NCBI GenBank assembly: GCA_009392915.1
Contig: CP045477.1
Coordinates: forward strand, 512,001 to 576,000
Length of the DNA stretch: 64,000 nucleotides
From: Candidatus Forterrea multitransposorum CG_2015-17_Forterrea_25_41
Lineage (GTDB): Archaea; Iainarchaeota; Iainarchaeia; Iainarchaeales; CSSED10-239
Reading direction: 5' to 3'
Every line of letters begins with the position of its first letter. Position 1 is the stretch's first letter. Made by a program: the position numbers and the translations under genes. The notes under the pieces are model-generated. The model searched no databases. It saw only the letters and a program-made list of their open reading frames with translations, and was not told the origin of the DNA. Shown here one piece after another: positions 60,311 to 64,000 of the stretch.

Positions 60311-61363
60311 ATGGACAAAATAATTGGAATTAAAGTAAATAAAGATAAAGCACAAGAAACAATTTCTAAAATAAAAGAAGAAAATAACTTTAATTCAAGA
60401 TATAAGATAATTAGAGAAAAAGAAAACATAATCATACCTATTAAAAAAATAACTTCAGACTTAAATAAAAATAACATAGTAGAAATTAATAATCCAGAAA
60501 AACAAAAAGAAATTGGACTTACATACAAAGAAATACTTAAAAAAGAAATAAATTCTAAATATATAGATAATCTCCCTTCTTCTTATGATATTGTAGGAGA
60601 CATTATAATAATTAACATAGAAGATAAAGAATTTCTTAAAGAATATAGTTCAAATCTAACTAATTCTCTTAAAAAAATACATCCCCACATAAAAGTAGTC
60701 TTAAACAAATCAAAAGAACATCATGGAACCTTTAGAACACAAGATTTAGAATGGATAGGTGGCGAAAATAGAAAAGAAACAATTATCCAAGAAAACGGAT
60801 GTTATTTAAAAACAGATGTTGAGAAAGTATTTTATTCAACAAGACTTGCAACAGAAAGAAAAAGAATAGCCTCTTTAGTCTTAGAAAATGAAACAATAGG
60901 AGTTTTCTTTGCAGGAGTAGGTCCTTTTTCAATAGCCATTGCAAAACTTGCAAAACCAAAAGAAATTATTTCCATTGAACTTAACCCTATTGGTGTTAAA
61001 TATATGGAAGAAAATATTTTAAAAAATCAAATGGAAAAAATAATAACACCAATAGAAGGTGATGTTAAAGAAATATCTAAAAGATATCCAAACTACTTTG
61101 ATAGAATACCAATGCCACTTCCAAAATCTGCAGAAAATTTTTTAGATGATGCAATTTTTTCAATAAAAGATAAAGGAATAATACACATTTATAATTTTGT
61201 ATCTAAAAATGAACCATTTAAAGAAATTGAAAAAATAATAAAAGAAAAAGAAAAAAAGAATAATTGCAAGATAGAAATAATATTTAAGAAAGTTATTAGA
61301 AGTTTTTCTCAAACCACTGTACAGATTGTAATGGATTTAAAAATATCTAAAGATCTTTCTTAA
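60311..61363 (+). CDS. trm5: tRNA (guanine37-N1)-methyltransferase Trm5 / Taw2 family
   Basis: IGVFFAGVGPFSIAIAKLA...ISIELNPIGVKYMEENI...GDVKEI...IIHIYNF closely parallels archaeal Trm5 catalytic domain. Confidence 0.7.
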   Translation: MDKIIGIKVNKDKAQETISKIKEENNFNSRYKIIREKENIIIPIKKITSDLNKNNIVEINNPEKQKEIGLTYKEILKKEINSKYIDNLPSSYDIVGDIIIINIEDKEFLKEYSSNLTNSLKKIHPHIKVVLNKSKEHHGTFRTQDLEWIGGENRKETIIQENGCYLKTDVEKVFYSTRLATERKRIASLVLENETIGVFFAGVGPFSIAIAKLAKPKEIISIELNPIGVKYMEENILKNQMEKIITPIEGDVKEISKRYPNYFDRIPMPLPKSAENFLDDAIFSIKDKGIIHIYNFVSKNEPFKEIEKIIKEKEKKNNCKIEIIFKKVIRSFSQTTVQIVMDLKISKDLS

Positions 61364-63716
61364 GTTTAGGTTTCTTTTTAGAAGTTTTAGATTTAGAAAC
61401 TTCTTTTGGTTTTACTTCTTCTTTTTTCTTTGAAGGTTTAATTTTTGAAACTATTTTTTTAACACTTTTAATAGAATCACTTTTTTCATTTTCTAAAAGA
61501 AGTTTCTTTCTTTTCTCAAGTTCAAATATTTGTTTATCAATAATTTTCTTTTCAAAATCAACTGAAGCACTATCATAAATAGTTTTAGATTTAGAATCCT
61601 TTAAAACATCTTTATTTTTTATTCTTTCAAGCTCTAAAAGATATTTATCTCTCATTTCTTTATAAGTGAAAGGACTTATTTTTCCTTCAATTAATTTTTC
61701 ATCTAAATAACCTATTTGTTTAATTATTCCTTCCTTTGAATGATGTTTTTTAAATCTTTCAACTTCAAAGACAATTGTTAAAACCATTAAAAACAAAGCT
61801 GCAACAAATAAATAAAGATAAACATCTTTCTTCTCTTTTGAATAAATATAGATGTTTTGAGAAGAAGTTTCTTTTTCTTTACTTACATTTTCATCTTCAT
61901 CAGAAACAATAATTACAGAGCCTTGATTTGAAGAACTAATATCAATAACTAATGTTTCAAGATCTGTATTTAAATAATAATCAAGAACTATTTTTTCTGT
62001 TTCATAAAGATAATGTGCAAAATTAAGTATAGAGTTTGCAACATTTAATTGAGATTTTGCTTTTTCTTCATCTTTATTTTTATAGAAATCATGAGCATTT
62101 TTATAATAAATACCATGATCTAAGAAAGTTTTAGACCAAACATAATTTTCATTATTCATTGCACTTTGATTTCTTAAATCTTTAGTTAATTGATCATATT
62201 TAATATTAAAATCATTTAATGTAAAATTATTTTTACTGTCTTCTTGTGTTTTTATAACAGCTAAAGCAGTTGCTGAATCATAAAGTGAAGTTACATACCA
62301 TCCTCTTTGGTAATTAATCTTTGCAGCATTAAGTCTTCTTTTTAAATCTTCAGTATCTGCTATGTTTGGAGCAACTAAAATTAATTGATTTTCAACAGAT
62401 ATAATGCTTTCTTGTGCTTTTTCTTTAAAAAAGTTAGATTCTACAAACTTTAAATCATTATTTGTTGTAATTGATGCATCTAAAAAATCATTTGCAATTT
62501 CTGTCCATGCTAAAGCATAAGCATATTCTTGTATTTTTGAAAAATTATTTATAGTTTGCTTTTCTTTTAAAGATTCAACTTTATCTCTTGCCCAAGTAAT
62601 TCTTTGTCTTCCACCAACACACCATTCTAAATATTCAATTGAACAGTTGTTAGATCTGTTTTCTGTTAAAGTTATTTTTTCATCAAGTTCAGAAACTCTA
62701 AGATCAAAAATAATTGAAGAATCTGCTAAAATTGATGGATTTGTAATAATTTCTTCAACAGAGATTATATTAATATAAGCTAAAAAAGAATTATTTGCTG
62801 CTGAATAAAAATAATTATTTTCATAAAACTTTTTTGAATTTTCAACAAGTTCTTCAGAATAAGTAACTGTTGATAAAAGTGTATCTAGAACATCTAAATC
62901 TTTTATGTTAGAGGAAGATATTTTAGAATTAATTGAAGATAATTTTTCTTCAGTATTAAGAATATATTCTTCAGTTATTTTTTTTAAAGGTTCAACAGCT
63001 TTAGAATATTCAATTTTATTATAAACAAAATCATCTACTTTTTCTTCTTGAATAGAATTTACATCAATTGAAGAAACATCTTTAAAAGCATAATCTAGAA
63101 CATCATCAATAGTTGATACTTCAATAATCTTTAAACCCCATTCATTATAAGCATGCTCAATTAAATCAACTTGTTTAATTTCATCATCTTCATTAATCAC
63201 TTGAGATCTATTTCCTTGAGGTATGAAAAATAAATCAACACCTATTTCAGAAGCTTTTTTTGCTTTATAATAAATTCCACCAACATCTCCAATATATCCA
63301 TCAATTGAAATTGAACCAGTCATACTTACATTTTCAGGAACTGGAGAATCTTTAAACATTGAAATTATTAAGAGAGCCATTGCACCACCTGCAGATGGAC
63401 CATCTATAGTGTGTGCATTTGAAGTAATATCAACTGTAAAATCATACTCTTGCTTAATATCTTCTTTTATAACTGAATCTGCAACTGCAATTGCATTTTT
63501 AAAAGATTCTTGTGTTGAAGAACCTACTATTGATTCATCTATTGAAGAATATATTTTTCCAGTACCAGGTATAATTTTTACATTTAATTGTGCATCTTTT
63601 GCACTTGTTTCACCAGATACTGCGAAAATCTTCATATTAGCATCAGAAACTAATGCAAAAAGATTAGGCATTAAAAGTATTAAAAATAATAATATTGCAA
63701 TTGATTTAATTTTCAT
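61347..63716 (-). CDS. membrane-anchored extracytoplasmic Lon-like (S16) peptidase-domain protein
   Basis: 789 aa; signal peptide; S16 motifs DGPSAGGAMALLIISMF (Ser) and VGGIYYKAKKASEIGVDLFFIPQGN (Lys); TM near residue 640; K-rich cytoplasmic tail; no AAA+ domain. Confidence 0.6.
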   Translation of the reverse strand: MKIKSIAILLFLILLMPNLFALVSDANMKIFAVSGETSAKDAQLNVKIIPGTGKIYSSIDESIVGSSTQESFKNAIAVADSVIKEDIKQEYDFTVDITSNAHTIDGPSAGGAMALLIISMFKDSPVPENVSMTGSISIDGYIGDVGGIYYKAKKASEIGVDLFFIPQGNRSQVINEDDEIKQVDLIEHAYNEWGLKIIEVSTIDDVLDYAFKDVSSIDVNSIQEEKVDDFVYNKIEYSKAVEPLKKITEEYILNTEEKLSSINSKISSSNIKDLDVLDTLLSTVTYSEELVENSKKFYENNYFYSAANNSFLAYINIISVEEIITNPSILADSSIIFDLRVSELDEKITLTENRSNNCSIEYLEWCVGGRQRITWARDKVESLKEKQTINNFSKIQEYAYALAWTEIANDFLDASITTNNDLKFVESNFFKEKAQESIISVENQLILVAPNIADTEDLKRRLNAAKINYQRGWYVTSLYDSATALAVIKTQEDSKNNFTLNDFNIKYDQLTKDLRNQSAMNNENYVWSKTFLDHGIYYKNAHDFYKNKDEEKAKSQLNVANSILNFAHYLYETEKIVLDYYLNTDLETLVIDISSSNQGSVIIVSDEDENVSKEKETSSQNIYIYSKEKKDVYLYLFVAALFLMVLTIVFEVERFKKHHSKEGIIKQIGYLDEKLIEGKISPFTYKEMRDKYLLELERIKNKDVLKDSKSKTIYDSASVDFEKKIIDKQIFELEKRKKLLLENEKSDSIKSVKKIVSKIKPSKKKEEVKPKEVSKSKTSKKKPKLKKDL

Positions 63717-63780
63717 GTTTTCTTCCTCTCAAATAAATAGTTTTCAATGTAATATATATTATATAATATTTATTTAAAGG

Positions 63781-64000
63781 TTACTTTTTCTTGTTTTTGA
63801 AAAGAAGATTAAATTTTTTAGTTGTAGAAAGAATATTTTTCCTTCCTTTTTTTTCAATTGAAATTAAATCTAGTTCTTTAAGTATTTTTAAGTCTTCAAA
63901 AGGTCTTTTCTTACTTATTTTTGATTGTTCAACAGGAGCATTTAAAGAAATAAAAGCTAAAGTTTTAAGTTCAGATTTTGAAAGAGTTGTTCCTGTTGCA
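63781..64000 (-). CDS. partial CDS (C-terminus only; continues beyond window end), unknown function
   Basis: Open frame on minus strand ending NKKK* at 63781; hand-translated. Confidence 0.3.
   Translation of the reverse strand, partial: ATGTTLSKSELKTLAFISLNAPVEQSKISKKRPFEDLKILKELDLISIEKKGRKNILSTTKKFNLLFKNKKK

Overview
The window is an AT-rich (about 25-30% GC) archaeal chromosome segment. The aminoacyl-tRNA synthetases are of archaeal type (LeuRS, GluRS, TyrRS), there is a canonical C/D box sRNA, and the 23S rRNA gene is not linked to 16S or 5S genes; this is compatible with a small-genome, possibly DPANN-like archaeon, but no search was possible. Most of the window is housekeeping and envelope functions: aaRS genes, Trm5, a YchF-type GTPase, a long RelA/SpoT-type protein, a MacB/FtsX-type ABC transporter, MscS, ZIP, a class II photolyase, a DisA-type diadenylate cyclase, a GT2/GtrA/GT-C glycosylation trio, and repeat-rich surface proteins. 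The main finding is an ~8.4 kb casposon-like self-synthesizing transposon at 28706-37073. It carries a solo Cas1 casposase, a protein-primed family B DNA polymerase (frameshifted), an HNH nuclease and RHH/wHTH regulators. It is bounded by imperfect terminal inverted repeats and a perfect 14-bp target-site duplication, and is inserted exactly at the 3' end of tRNA-Thr(TGT). No cas2 and no CRISPR array occur anywhere in the window. Other points worth a second look are a frameshifted radical SAM/SPASM gene, an unclassified GC-rich RNA candidate downstream of gltX, a very-low-GC island with nuclease-like genes right of the casposon, and a RelE/ParE toxin-antitoxin pair.
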